Counted from the first letter of the stretch, positions 10,573 through 25,121 are shown. The stretch: 64,000 bases of DNA from Phoronis australis (GCA_002633005.1 NMRA01000129.1:372628-436627), one strand, 5' to 3'. Program-made: numbers and translations. Notes: generated from the sequence alone by a model not told the origin.

Positions 10573-12977
10573 GTACTATCATTGATATCGCGCACTAATT
10601 TTTAAGAATTAATCAGTCTCACAAATATGAAGGAAAGTAGAAGAAATTTACGAACATTGAGTTGGAAGAAACGGCACACGGGCTTAGTTAAAGATGCTGT
10701 CAAATATCTGCAAATTATAACGACTATAAATATTGCTAATGGGAGGCAAATTGGAATCTAAATTTCCTAGTAATTTTGCTCATGTTAAATGGGATTAAAT
10801 ACTGTTACTTCTACATTGTGACAATGGTGAACAAGTCCCCCTGGAAAAGATGAGTGGAACCGGAGATATTCTAGATAACAAACCGAGTTTACCTTGCGAG
10901 CAAAGGGCCAAAAGCCAGTACTAAGGTGAGTGATTTCAGTCACTGTTGCCTTTCTTGGCGAGGGATTATTTCAACATTGAGATTCACATCCAGTAACAAT
11001 TTAAATAAGTCAAAATCGCCAACCTCAGACATGAAGAAGCCAAGCATTCGTCGAAGAATGTAGCTTCAGAATCGGTAAATGACTGCTTTGCCCATAGTGT
11101 AATATTGTTTAATATAGCCCTGGATCATAGTTGTCACCATACAGAGCATGTAGTGAAAAATGAAGAGACACTCGATTATTAAGTTAAAATGCAGTTGGTA
11201 TTATTGAACAAACTGTGTGGCTTGTCTGTAAGGGTCATTTTGGGTTGGTGATTTTCTACTGACAATGCCGCGTGTTTTCTCTAACACAGCTCAACTTTTA
11301 TGATTCGTTGAACAATTTGGTAAGAGCACAAAGTCAGATCTTGGACTGTAGCTGGACATTTTATTGGAGTTTTAGTTTCCTCACTTGTTCCTGACTGCCT
11401 TTTTACGTTTCACTGGTGCAAGTATTACTAGACGAGAACAGAGCCATCTGGTGGTCAGTTGTCCACCTACATGTATACAGCTGAAGTCATCCAGTAAGTA
11501 CACAGTGGGTCAGTCCAGTGAGCCTGGGATCAACCAGGTATTGTCAAGGTCAACGGATCAGGAATGTGGGTATTAGTATAGATCATACTGCTAAGTAGCG
11601 ATACAGCTATTTGTTGCATCAAAAGCTTTACTGGAGGATGTTGTTGAATGGACATTTCAGAAACACAAGATAAACACTGAAGTACATTGTTGTCGCAGAA
11701 TGTGTTATTGTGTATTAGTTTAGTCATCGTATTCATCATTTACTGTTGTTGTTTATCACCATTTTCTCCGCATGCAGTAATGAGTAATACTTCACGTTCT
11801 TAGAACTGTTTGTTTGTCTGAATACTGCATCCCTTATTTGTTTGTCTTGTTTGATTCGCTAATTCGTGTTTCTCAAGCCTCTATATATATATCAGTTTCA
11901 CTTGTATTTCATGTAGAGTAGTATCAGGAGTATCAGTAGTTTTATGAGTTGATTAGTAGTTAAATTCTCCGCTTTGAGAGTTGTTCTCATCATTCGTTGA
12001 CACTCTTCAATATACTAGTCAAGATTCATCTCTTGTGTTCTTGTCTACGAACCACGTCGTACACAGCCGAACCGCATTTTCCCGTGTACCCCCAAAATTG
12101 TGTAAAAATTATATGTCTTCTTACACGCTATCTGTTGGTCATGTCATATGAGCTGTATAGTTAAGTCTATGTGTCCATGTGCAGGCGTCCCGTGTAGATA
12201 CTGATAGTTGGCATGGAAGCTCAAGTATGCACAGTCTCGCCAAAGAAAAAAAAAACAAAAAATACAACCATGTAAGAGGCTCTTACAGTTGTCATTCGAC
12301 AATTTTTTCAGCGTGCCTAGAATGAGGAATAATAGTGTATCGCTCTATCCTGTCGCCTGTAAATGGAGGCTTTGTTTACTGTCAACAATGCAATTTCCAA
12401 CATTTAATCTACATGATAACTTTGTATATCGATCAATGTCAATTGGTCAAGACTGCTGTGAACTAGCTCTTTCTATATGTACAAGAAAGCTAAGTTCAGT
12501 AAATTTTAAGCATTTACAATTTTGTAGTAAGCTTCTAAAATAGGAAATGTTGGTAATTCTGGCTCTAGTTTGGTTCCAAAAGTTTAAAAAGTTTCACTGT
12601 AGACCAACATAATGTAACATTACATCTTACTTTCTAACGGGGAACATTAATGCTTCGCAAGGGTCAAGATTTGACTAGCTAATTACACCAAGCACATGGT
12701 CCTATGTGAGTGACTCCTTTTTTAGGGATTAGGGAACAGGTAGGGGTGTCGGTGTAAGCGCTGCCTATAGTTAAACAAAAACAGGACATTTCTGACTCTC
12801 ACGTGTACTGAGTAATATTTATCTGCTGACTGGGTTAATTCTGCTGCTAACTACATTGTAGAGCGCTTTTCTGGATGATTTTAACCATACCCCAATTGGT
12901 AAGGAGCACCTTATGAATTTGCATCTTACATGGAGAAAAAACTGTAAGTTGAAGATTTTTTTAATTCTGTGCTTTAG

Positions 12978-13271
12978 GTATCGAAGTTACAGCCAATCAA
13001 CAAATAGCCTCCTCATCTAGTTGTTACGTCGAGCAATGATCACAGCGCGACTTCTCAAAGTGACCCCCAGCTAACCTTCAACCCCGAGATTAACGCACCT
13101 AATTGGCTCGATAGGTCATTCTCTCCAACTCGCATTGAAGAACTAAATTCTGAATTGAAACTTAACCAGTCACCTCCAGATGGCTAAAAGGAACTGAAAC
13201 CGCTCAAAATCTCCAAGGGCAGTCGGATATTAGAGGAATTGAGGAACTCTGAGGACCTCTATCGACAGTGA
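12978..13271 (+). pseudogene. Candidate terminal exon of the CDKL5-like gene, with internal stops
   Basis: Acceptor gtgctttag|, then VSKLQPINK*PPHLVVTSSNDHSATSQSDPQLTFNPEINAPNWLDRSFSPTRIEELNSELKLNQSPPDG*KELKPLKISKGSRILEELRNSEDLYRQ*. Stops: TAG 13005, TAA 13185, TGA 13269. Confidence 0.45.
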
Positions 13272-16200
13272 GGGCCAGGGTCGGGAGTGACTAACTGAGT
13301 CAGTTTGAACCATACACTTGCCAGTAATTAGTGTGGCTCACTTAGTAACAGGGGATCAGCCTTAGGCAGTTGGTTGAAAAACAGAGGGTGAAGGTGAAGG
13401 TCATGTCTGAAGGCTTTATGATTTAGAAGTTAGGCACTGAGTTGAGTACATACAGTTACAAGCCAACAATATTCAGACAACATGACTCAATTTCCCTGTC
13501 ATGGAAGCTGGGCGGAAGCTGAATTTAGTGTCAGACTGAAATCTTCCTTCATAACCAATTGTGAAGGGAAATGAACGGGAAAGTTAAAAAGCTGACTAAA
13601 CCGTATTGTATAGAATTTTGCTGCTCTATTAGTTATTATCGGACATTCTTGTTGTTAACAGAATCAGTCATCATGATGTGAAAACCTATTTTGTCTTATT
13701 ACTGATTTGTCTTGTATTCTATGTAGTTCTTTCAGTGTTCATGTTGCCCAGAAGTCTGCTGCGGAATACGCATCATGACTCAGTTAAATTTCTCAGTCAA
13801 CCACAAATGTTGATTTTCAGGTTGTCTGACCATAGGACCACAAGACCTGTGGATTTTAATGCAATAGTGTTGTAAAGATAGTCCTCATTGGGACTGTCGA
13901 ACTGTGGAAGTTGCCCTTTCTAATGTTTAGCATACTAAATTGAAAAAAACTGTAGTCATGGAGACTGCGGTCATAGTAACAGAATGGTTTTGTTTGAAAA
14001 CTCAGACAGCGAGAGGAATTTAAATTAGCACTGGGACTGACAGGGTTAACTGTTGAATTATGTCCAGGTCTGCCAACTGTTGGCATGTTGGTATGTTTCT
14101 CAAGATGAACATTCTAAGCCAAGGATTATGGGTGAAAATTCTTCAGTGTGGGACATAGTATGCCAGACAAATGGAATTTTGTTTTGTGGAATTTCTCAAC
14201 AAAGTATGGTTTATGTGGCTTATACAGTTTAGCTGTCACCAAACAACGCATTTGGGGCGATGTTATGGGCTTTTGAAAAATAAAAAGCATCCTCAATTTT
14301 GGCTCCCTTTTTTGGCCAAAATAAATGATTTTTACCATTAATTTATTTTCCATCTTACTGTGAGTGTGTTTAGAAAATTAATGCTATTTAACCCAGACAC
14401 GTTTTTTAATTTCATTTTCATCATCTCTTGATTGTCATCGCTTGCCAATATGTTGTACTGTTGTTGGTCTGTGGATTTGAACTGTTACCAAATTACCATA
14501 GTCTGTTGTATATAGTCAAGACCTATTCCTGGAGACCTACTTGTCAATTGTTTTAGCATAGTAAGCATGTCTGAAAGAATTTGTCTCTAGAAATTATTTA
14601 TTTTTCAATTTTATTCTTAAGGTATTGCTAATATAGGCTTAACATTTACTAACAGCTTGACATAGAACTGAACGGTTCTAGGAATCTCAGTTTACTAAAT
14701 AGTAAAAACTGGTTACAATTTATCCTTAGTAATCGGATTTTCCCATTGAGGTATTGTTTACTGTTTTACTAACTGCATGCTTTAAGTAGCAAAGGTAAAT
14801 GCATGTGTTTTGTGTAAAAATGCTGATAAAAGAAAGTGTAAAGAACTTCAAGTTAAATATCCAGTTACGCTGTGCCAAAATCGACATGATCTAGAATTAA
14901 ATACCACCAAGGTTATGAACTTCCATGGGTACCGTATTTCTTCACCTATTTAGCATGCAATGTGGGCAAAGAGGTGACATTTATTTTTTCAAATTTCTCA
15001 GTAAAAGTAAAAATTGAGAGATTTTATTGTTGGCTATATGAGTACTGTGTCATAATACATTTGTCAAAATTTTCAATATTTGTAACTGAAGGTAATCAGT
15101 GTTTGAAAAATAGATAAAAGACAATTTTGGTGATTATTTTTGTGTGAAACAAGTGAAGAAGTACCTTATACACTGTAACACTGTCAATGGTTCTCATTGG
15201 CTAGTCTGGAGGATAAAAGTTTAGTTTAAAGTCTCACGCATCACTAATTTGGTCAATCCATTGAAGTCACCAACTTCAAACTTGAATAATTCACGTAAGA
15301 GACAGTGATGAATCATTGCCGGCATTGAAACAATCATTGAACTTCGTTTGGTTCATGGCATTATCCTTTGTAACACGTATTCACTGTTAAAAACACAGAA
15401 AGGATTCCATCCCAAAATATGAACCAAAGATGGCGCTGCGTGTGGCTTTGACAGCATTTTTACCCAGTAGGACTAGCATTTGTGCTTTTTCATTGTATAT
15501 ATAAATAGTGGTAACATGATTAGTATTTTGCTAACTAATCGTGTGAGTTATATGTATCTTGATCTTGTTTTGCCGTTTGTTATAATGGTAAGCCATTATT
15601 CATTTGGGAGTTGATGAGTATGATGAAAGCAAAATAACAACATATTTTTATGGACACTTTCCCTATTTTTTCATCCGTACCCTGAAGTGGTTTCCTGAAC
15701 TACTATTTAATATGCTCCTGTTCATTTAATGTGTTAATTATATGGGTTAGCAGTTAAGACTGCTCAATACCTAGGTGACATTTCTGATGGTGACAGTCCT
15801 GATATATCATTTTTATAGTATGTCCCCCATACTTGATGTCATACCTGCCTCTATCTGCGAGTGGAGCACCTTGGTATAACTGTGAATGTATGTTGACACT
15901 CAAATACAGTACAGAGTGCTGGATTAGATTTTAACAGGGACCACATGCTATAACAAATTTGGGAACTGTCATCATTATCATCCCCCCCTCCTTCCTCCCA
16001 GCCAACTTTCGATGGGCCCTAGTGACGATGGACGAGAAGTTCCCCAATCTTTACTCTCCCAAATAGCTTGAATTTTCCAACTACTCTCCTTCGATCACTA
16101 CCGCTTTAGGAGCCCCTGTGACAACGAGACAGCTCCCTATTACACTTGAGGCCCTACTTGTAAGCTTTAGCTTATTTAGCTGCCTACATGGGTAAACTGA

Positions 16201-19200
16201 CAGTGCAGACAGGACACTGTGTTCAAGGCGACACAGAGTTCTACTTCGGCGTCGATCACATCTTACATAAAACTATCTTAATGTTACTTTTAGATACATT
16301 TTGTTTCAGCTTCACCTGCTAGTTGCGACGCTCGTCTAGGATCATGACCTTCAAACTCTGACTAAATATCATCACTGATACAGGAAGTTATTTGTATGGT
16401 GAAAGTTGTTAGTGCTTGTTTGACTGCTCAGTGCTAACAGGGTTTATATGTTGATCTAAATAAGTAAAAGAATTTTAATTTAAACTTCTGTCTTTCTTTT
16501 TCAACTTTTAGAGCACCTGTGGACGGTCGGCAATCTTGCAAGGGTGCATTGTTGCGGGTTTTTTGGACTAAACGTGATTCTTAGTTCACATTCAAACTAA
16601 CTGCTGGTATGGACGGCTTTCTCAGTAGAAGTACAGGATATCTGTACAGTACGCACGTCTGTGTTCAGGCCAGGCGTAACAGCTTAATCAAATGGATTTG
16701 TCGTACGAAAGGGTGCCTTCAAGTTATCTACTTTAATTACATTCTGCATGAAAGTGCTCACATTTTGAGTTCGAACTCTACAAGAGTGAAATTACAACTT
16801 TTGCAACGAAGCATTACGCCATGTTCATGTTTTAGTGAGGTTTGTTGTAGCAGATGAAAAAGAATGCTACACTAAGTTTTGTTTGTTAAAGGGATGTTAT
16901 CGTTTTGGGGGTCGATCAAAAACTTATTTCTGGAGTTGTTGTTAATGTCGTTTTGATGAAATTAACCCTGACCGGAGCTGTAAAATTAAATTCGTAGTCA
17001 TTTTTGTGATTATATTACGGATCTTTAATTGTTTTTCGCCTGTGTCTGTCAGACAATGTTGCAATCGGTAATATTCGGATATACAGACGTGGGATTCAGT
17101 TCAGGTTCGATTCACATTACTTTCTTTGTCGTTGATGTAACTTAAATTCAAATAATCAACATTTTATAGGGTTTCAAAACTACGACGTAGTTTTGTTACA
17201 GGCGGAAAATCGTCCACGAAATGGCGGTGACTTTCATAGAATCTCCCAACAAATGGATCCCTTGAAATTTTGCTTATTCACACAAAACCGTCTGCGTTTG
17301 GAATATTATTGAAGGACTAGCGATTAACAAAGTAATTATATATATGGGAACCAGCTCACAGCTGAGTTTCAATCAGCGGTCGATGCATAGGACAAGGGGT
17401 CCCACTATTTCATGTCTCCCGATCTGACTTAATTCTATTGGCCCGTTCATGTAAAATGCGCAAATACTGAGAAGTCCATTGCGTACAGTAGGCAATCGGA
17501 TCATAGCAAATGCCCAATTATGAATTTGTAAAGAAAAATTAGTCCTCTTAGAAAATTCCATAAGCCAGAAAAATGCTTAATTAAACATGTTCCGCTTCCC
17601 ATTTTTTACTTCTCTTGCTGATTTTCATTTTCTGAAACTCCCCCTATGGATCGATAATCAGATAATGAAACGTGGCTCTAGTATTGTGTCAGGCCCGTGT
17701 ACATTAATTTAGAGAATCTTCTGAACAACATAAAAATCCCTAGACTAGACCCATGGGCAAACATTTGAAGGATCCGTTTTAGTACGAAAATTCCTAGTAG
17801 ACTCTGAAAAAATAAATCCTTGTTGGCATATTAGTGGTAATGAGTTCAACATAGGATCTTGTACTGATATAGCAACAAATCAATGTCGTGCCCTCAGCCG
17901 CATTGCGTCGACATCATGACCTTTCCGTATGTTAGTTTTTTTATGAAAACTCGCGTAAAACACTCAAATATTTGTTTTCATTCAACAACAAACATGTAGT
18001 TTGTGCTACTTCGTAAATAGATGTCTGTGACAAATCTTACGGAAAAAATGGTCAGAAAGAATTACAAATGAAGAGATTTGGTGGAGAACTCAACATGGGA
18101 GTATAGCGCTAGAGACTCATTAAAAATAAATCGGCAAAAATGGAAGGGTATGGAATACCCTCAGCATCACAAAGCATGCTCTGTCCTGGAATCCAAAGGG
18201 ACTGATGGCGAACAACCATTTTCGATTGCACTCAGTCACAAAGGTCCTATTCATCAAAGGTGGCAAGGGTTTTAAAGTGTACGTAACATGACTCTAGTAC
18301 CTCAAAATAAATTTTATTATTATATCTTACTTGATTTCAGTGCCTTTAGTGCACAGCTCATAAAGAAACACGTAAACATTGAAAAAAGTAATAATTATGT
18401 ACAACGTTATGGGTTGAACCCAAGTCGTTCGGCACACTGTTCGGATCAGCAACTACTGTAAGTGTATACAGTGAAGTGAAAGTAAAGTATATTTAGCGTC
18501 GAGAAGTTTCGTAGAGGGATGAAAAGATGTTCCGAAGGACGCCAAAGTTGTGCAGTAGTGGCATCGCTTCGCGCGCCGAACGAGAGTGTGGGACCTCAGC
18601 GTGGACCAAGCGATTCTGTCCCGGGCCACTCTGTGTTCTTCCCACTTTGAGGAGTCGTATATCGACTCCAATCAGAGGAGATGTTACGATGAAGGCCTGC
18701 TTCAATAAAGGACAATTTTTACTGTTCAGAAACATCGGCTCTTTATTCAGGATCGTCTGTTGGATGAATGGGCTGACTGGCCGAGCCCGAGGCCGCTTCT
18801 CTCTCGGGAGGATACAGTTCGTAAGGCCTCAAAGTAGAAAAGTATGCAGCTGAAAACATATCAAACTCGTTCTCGCTTTCGTGCAAGCCCATTTCGTCAT
18901 CCTGGCTACCATTCTCGTACATTTCTTCATAGTATTTGTTCATTTCTTGCTCACAATCGTTGTCGCTTTCAAATTCCCTACTCTCCGCCGTTGTTCAGTG
19001 CTAGTCGCTGATCTCTTGTGTTCAACCCATGATGTCACATGGCGGGAAATGTGAAAATTGGCAACATTGAAAGAGAAATCAAAATTTCGAGCTAATGACA
19101 CAAAATAATCATGGATTTGGCTAAATTTTACGTCATACATTTTGTCTGTAGCCACCGTTAATTCGAAATGTGCAAAAATCCATGGTGTGTACTGTTTAAG

Positions 19201-19978
19201 TCAAATAAGTCATGTGTACCTCATCCAAGTCTCCGGTAAATATGCAATATATACACCATTCGCTATATATATTAGGGCCTTGCTTGAGACATCGCAGCTT
19301 CAGGCGATCCAAGGATGACGATATACCATCATCCAACAGTGGTACCCATGTCAACTATCCGACCACTTAAGCAATGTTTACTATTCACATCATAGATATC
19401 CGAGTTATATTTTGGTTTACTCACTCCAACGCCGTCTAACTGAGTTCCACTTGCCAAAATAGAAAGCAGTTGATCGGAAACCCTGCAGTCGTGTGTTGGC
19501 ACTGGTCTAAAATAGTGGGCCATGATTTAGAGAAGCAGTTTCATCCACTAAGTAGCGTTGCCGTTATTCAGTCATTCCAATTCCCCAAGCTTCCCCCGAT
19601 TTTTTCCGAATATTTCCGATTTCTGTCTACCTCCTGTTGCAATTGGAGTGCCTATATGATATGTGCTGACTGCCGCGGATGGCAAATGCACTGATTTCTC
19701 GAAAAATAAATATATTTAATTGTCAACCAAAGCAATTGAATCTAGAAAAAATGATACAGGTTTTTGAAATTCACTACAAATTTTGAAGCACACTTTCGGT
19801 GAATTGTTGACTTTGATTCTCTGAAGGGTGGTTGGTAGACGCATGGAGCAACGTTTAAGCGTGCAATAAAAAGGTAAGGAATTAACGCTATGTATGTAAT
19901 TTGGTAGAAATGTCTTCCACTCGGAGCAATTTTGAACGTTAATGCTTTGTAGTCAGAAATAATTATTAAATAAATTAA

Positions 19979-20631
19979 GGTCATTGTCTACCTTCGTTAC
20001 CAAAGATTTGATCTTTTGGACCATTTATAGTAGACACAAAACTATATGTTTTTAAAATCACTTAGTATCACAGAATCCTATTGAGTACATGTACATGAAA
20101 ACAACGTTCAGACGGTTGAATATTTTTTTCTAAAAAATGTATTCTTATCACGATGATGTACCTATTTTCCATAAACTCATTTTTTTCTCGAAACTTGCAT
20201 ATCCCACTTTGTGTTCTACAATGTACAAATGGTGTTTGGGATTTCAAGGCCTCTTAGCCCGAGAAATCTGGTGTCAAAAATCCAAAATATAAAGACTTGA
20301 ACATTTTTTAATTCTTGACACCGGATTTCTGGGGATCAAAGGCCTTAAATGAAAATCCCTAACACTCTTTTGTAGCTAATGAAGCACAAAAACAGAATTG
20401 CAACTTTTGAGCAAAAAACGCATTTTTGAAAAATACTGCTATCTCCGTGAAAATTTTTAATTTTTTATAAAAATGCAGTCACGTGATAACGAACATCTGA
20501 ACATTAATTTCAGGTACAAGATAAGATTGTCCGATTCCTAAGGATTTTAAAATAGCTTGTTTCATGTGTTTATAATTATAATTGAAAAATTTGTTTTAAA
20601 AATCTTTTTCAACGAAGGTAGACATTGACCT
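19979..20631. mobile_element. Foldback MITE with long imperfect TIRs, possibly Kolobok-like
   Basis: Left end ggtcattgtctaccttcgttaccaaagattt versus right end aaatctttttcaacgaaggtagacattgacc. Internal inverted segments around 20240-20360; flanks ttaa / taaa. Confidence 0.75.
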
Positions 20632-20718
20632 AAAGTGTTGATAACTGAGATTTTTTGTGTCACAGTTATCAACACTTTAGGTCAATGTCTACCTTCGTTG
20701 AAAAAGATTTTTAAAACA
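20592..20718. repeat. Perfect 56-bp inverted repeat with 15-nt spacer
   Basis: 20592-20647 is the exact reverse complement of 20663-20718. Confidence 0.95.
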
Positions 20719-21039
20719 GATTTTTTGTGTCACGGTGTACTTTTGCTGAAAAAGGTTCGAATCCCTCTTAATCTCATGTGTGAGATAAATTCATGTAATT
20801 CTGTTCAACTTTGCTTTTATTCATATTGCATTATCCTCGATTTTGTCAATTTCCATATAATTGTCGTTTTCACGGGCGCATAACTCATTTTTAGGGGTGT
20901 TGGCTTTGGCTTAATTAGTGAAATTTTTAGCTTTCAGCAGACCTATAAAACAACCAGCTTCATTTTTTATGTTTTAGTACAAATTACCAATACTCGCTGT
21001 TGTCTGCCAGTATTTCACCAAAAGCAGTTCAGGTGATTT

Positions 21040-21910
21040 TGTCACTTAAATAGGCTGAAATACTGTCAATTTGTTAGTGGAAGTAAGATCAACCAGTAAA
21101 GCTCCTGGCTTCGATGTGTGAGTTTTATGTTTGATTCCAAGCTAGTGCCCATCTCAATAAAAGGTTTATTTCTCTGATGATGTCACTTTACTAAATAACA
21201 CCACTAATAAGAAAACCCATAAACTATCCACTAATTGCCTGAAGCATGCTTTTTGACCTTGTGTCATATGCAAATCAATTATACTTTTAACTGTTCCTGT
21301 CTAAATGCTGGTGTAATACGCAGCAAGCTTATGTATTGGAAATGGTACCAACTGATCAAGAGTGATCTTGAAAATACAGATTGTCTGTAGATGGACTACG
21401 CAAATCGATCCACGTGAACAACACATGTTTTGTCATTTACTTCATTGAGCATCCCAACTACGAAAGTTAACTTAGGTTTTGATTTGCAAAATGTGTTCCA
21501 TTAAGTTTCTACCTGTAGCTGCTTGTGTCCCAATCCTTATTTTCAGACACATTGCAAGTGTAGTTTTTGTATCCCCATCTTTACAGGGATATTTTGTTGT
21601 TGCTTACATTGCTACAATCACCTCAGCTAAAAATAATTTCAATTCAACTAGTACATGAAACCCATGAATATTAAACTTTTACAGATTGTGTTATCCGAAC
21701 CAATCTCCAAGAAAAGATACCAACTTAAAACACCTAGTATCACAATTTCTCAGCGGCACACTACCGTTAAAATTAATGGAAAACTTCCTTGGTCCTCTTA
21801 TGTCACATTTCAAAAAGGGCCCAGAAACTAAATGGACATCGGGCTCCATAGTCAGAATTTATATTTGCTTTCATGCTATCTTGCATTGGTGCTGCCGGCC
21901 ACTCAGGATG
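21040..21910 (+). repeat. Diverged duplicate block, copy A (matches ~39930-40936)
   Basis: Collinear shared strings include taacaccactaata, ttggaaatgg.acca, caactacgaaagttaa, ctacctgtagc, aatggaaaacttcct and aaactaaatggacatcgggctcc. Confidence 0.85.
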
Positions 21911-23143
21911 GGAAGAGGGTTCATAGTTTCGGTAGACATGTGAGTTTTTTGGATTGTTTTCACCTGCATCCAAAATTATGCCTGATGCTCGAGTGGTGCA
22001 GTCTCACAGTTTACGTCGACGTTCTGCTCACATTTGAATTAAGTCAGTATGAAAAGGCCTATAGAACCATTGTAAGCATGTGATAGCATCTAGTTCCTTT
22101 GTTTTCTTTGATAATATGCAGGCCAATTATCCAGCCGACTCATTACCGACCACGTGAGGGCGTTAGTGTTCGAACAGATTAGATTGTCTTAACTTCAGTT
22201 GTAGTTGGTCGATTTTGGTAATTCAAAAACTAAACATGACATGGAATTCATAAATGTTAGTGTTTTATGGTTAAACATTTTATGACATGACTTTTATTTT
22301 TAACAACACAGCCTAATCAAGCTACATAGGATCTTAGCTGAAATTAGAGCAATTACCAAACAAAAAAGCGCTGACCCTCTGACCTTAAATCCCAGAATGG
22401 AGTTTATCAGTCGTGTAAGATATTAACTACATAAGTCATCTACTTGTTGCTGTGCTATACAACCGATCAAGTTGGACTCAATGAGAGAACGCCGTAGTGT
22501 GCTTGGAATTTTCCTCTTTTCAGCTTCGATTTCCTTTTATTTGATTTCCATTTTCCTCTTTTTTGTCTCTTGTTATCATTATTTTGATTTTTTATGTCAA
22601 AACGTTTATTTCAGTTAAATTGTACAACACTAAAAATATTTCTACCACACAAGCCTATTTGTGGAACAATACGCCACCTGGAAAATGTCCTCTTTTTATC
22701 GTTGGTCATTCCAAACCTTCATTTCATTAACATAATCATTTTGTTATCTCTCACCCAGAGCTGTTTATTAGTCTCATGTTTGCAAACTTGATAAACATGT
22801 GCGTAAAGACCTGCAAACGCGGGATGTTTTTAGACATGTGATATTTATTTTCTAATGAGTTTTGTTTAACACAAATATGTAATTGTTGTTTCTTTACATT
22901 TTAAAATGGTGAATGATAATATTTAGCATTATTGCATGAGTAAACCTATGAGGATTATCTTATTCAAAATGCAACATCTCTACGAAACTAGTGCTACTCT
23001 CATGTTATCAAACGACAGTAGTTGTTCAAGCAGACAGGTTGATAAATATCAAACGCACATCAATAAAAGCTGAAAGATATGTATCGTGACGCCATTACTA
23101 TTTGTATTCAAGTCAGTTACCTCTACATGTCACCAGAATTCTT

Positions 23144-23409
23144 TTATTTACTAGATTTGAATCCGACAGTTCTCATCTTCATACTGGTTCTCTTCAAAGA
23201 GTATTGCAGGCCTTTGTAATGCTGCCAGTTGACTCCGTCTCCGGATGACGTGTGCTCACCACCATGATACAGACCGTTCAAGTTGGAGTTGTGGCAGAAG
23301 TTGTACCACCACGCGCCTTTATATTTAACGGCACAATTTGATCCAGCGGCGTCGTTATCATTGTCCTTGGTGGTGAACGGTTGACCGTTGTGATCAGTTA
23401 AGGAATCAC
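23144..23409 (-). CDS. FReD gene exon 5 (terminal); ficolin/tachylectin-5-like fibrinogen C-terminal domain
   Basis: ttccag|[88 protein letters not shown]. The five exons sum to 978 nt = 325 aa + stop, all in phase. Confidence 0.95.
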
Positions 23410-24330
23410 CTGGAATACGAAGTTAACATTATTACATGTATACATGTATGTATATCACGCAAATGTGAATTCAATTGTGACAAGATTTGCCGTTTAATGT
23501 CTTGATGCATATCATATTCCGTGTTATGGTGACGTTTGAGAAAATAAAATCTGGTTCATAATGTGAGTGTGAATATAATGTACGTTCAACAAGAAGTTAT
23601 GCTCTGATTTGTAAGCTATTCACTAACAAGAAATCACGGCTGAGACCCAGATCTACCACTGGACCAGTTCATTTAAAGAGATGGAATTGGTTTTATAGCC
23701 GAAAGATGGACTTTTAGGATTATTGGTTGGTACAACTTCTGGGAGTTATTAGCAGTGGTCAAGGCTATAAAACAGCAAATCCCGTCGTTTATGTTTTTTT
23801 TTCAAAAAGGTTTCTCTTGTTATTCTGTATGTCCACTCATTTATCATCTAAAATCATTTTCACTGATCATTACCAACATTAAAAATTGTGTGCTTTCTAC
23901 GTCCTTCATAAGTAGAATATCTGCTGTAAAATTAAAAAAAAAAAATTTATATGCGCTAACTGCGAAGCGATACCGAAGCTAGTTTACATTGAAACAACAC
24001 GTGTAGGTGAGATAAAAGGTCAAATACTGTATATTATGACAAAACTAATACAGATATCGGTAATTACAAAAGTTTTATGATATGTTGAACTGTATAGGTG
24101 GGTGACAATCTGCCACAGATGCAGCAGAAGGATAAATCCGCCCACACTTTTTTAAGTATTTAACCATGAATTTCAACTATTAGTAAACTGCAGGCGACTT
24201 GGTGACCAAGTGCTCATTGGCTTCAATACAATTTCATGGTTCTTCAAAAATAAAAGAGCTAAATTCATTGAATAGAGTTGTGTTACTTCGGTCTTAGCAC
24301 GATTAAACAGATTTTCTCTCTCTCCCTTAC

Positions 24331-24495
24331 CTGAGGTTCCAGAATAGGAGCCGATAGCTAACTTATACTTATCTTCCTCAGACCCAACTGAGAAAGAATC
24401 GTAGGCAGCGTACGCTGTATTATTGCTGAAGTCTTCCAAGTCCACTCGTAACGTGTAGGCAGCTTGTTTCGTCAACCGGTGAATGTTGTCGTTGC
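24331..24495 (-). CDS. FReD gene exon 4
   Basis: tttcag|NDNIHRLTKQAAYTLRVDLEDFSNNTAYAAYDSFSVGSEEDKYKLAIGSYSGTS|gtaagg; 165 nt. Confidence 0.95.
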
Positions 24496-24583
24496 CTGAA
24501 ACATTGAATTCTGTTATCGAATTCCAGTTTGAAGTGTGTCTTACATATTTTAATGATATGTTAATAGAGTGAAGATCTAATTA

Positions 24584-24862
<279 letters not shown>

Positions 24863-24993
24863 TTAATTGCATAGTGGTCAAACAAGTTTTTGGATGTTTT
24901 CAGTTATTTTCATCTATTGCATTTATCAGTTGATTACTGAAAGATATTTGTAATTAAAAAGACGTTACTGTGTTATACACTGGGTATATTTAC

Positions 24994-25121
24994 CGTCCAG
25001 CCTCCTCCGTCGGTCACCATGTCACAGTAAACTTCTAGTTTACCAAGGCAATCTTTCGGTTGAATAGTGTAAACACCGCTTTGTTTGACACCATTCTTAT
25101 GCAAATCTGCACAATCTTTTC
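24994..25121 (-). CDS. FReD gene exon 2 (start of fibrinogen domain)
   Basis: tatag|..[42 protein letters not shown]|gtaaat; 128 nt. Confidence 0.95.

Noticed and set aside
21686-21943. Peptide similar to the ORF at 40741-40938, suggesting a gene family
   Set aside because: Explained by DNA-level duplication; the frames break outside the core, and there are no splice signals or recognisable domain.
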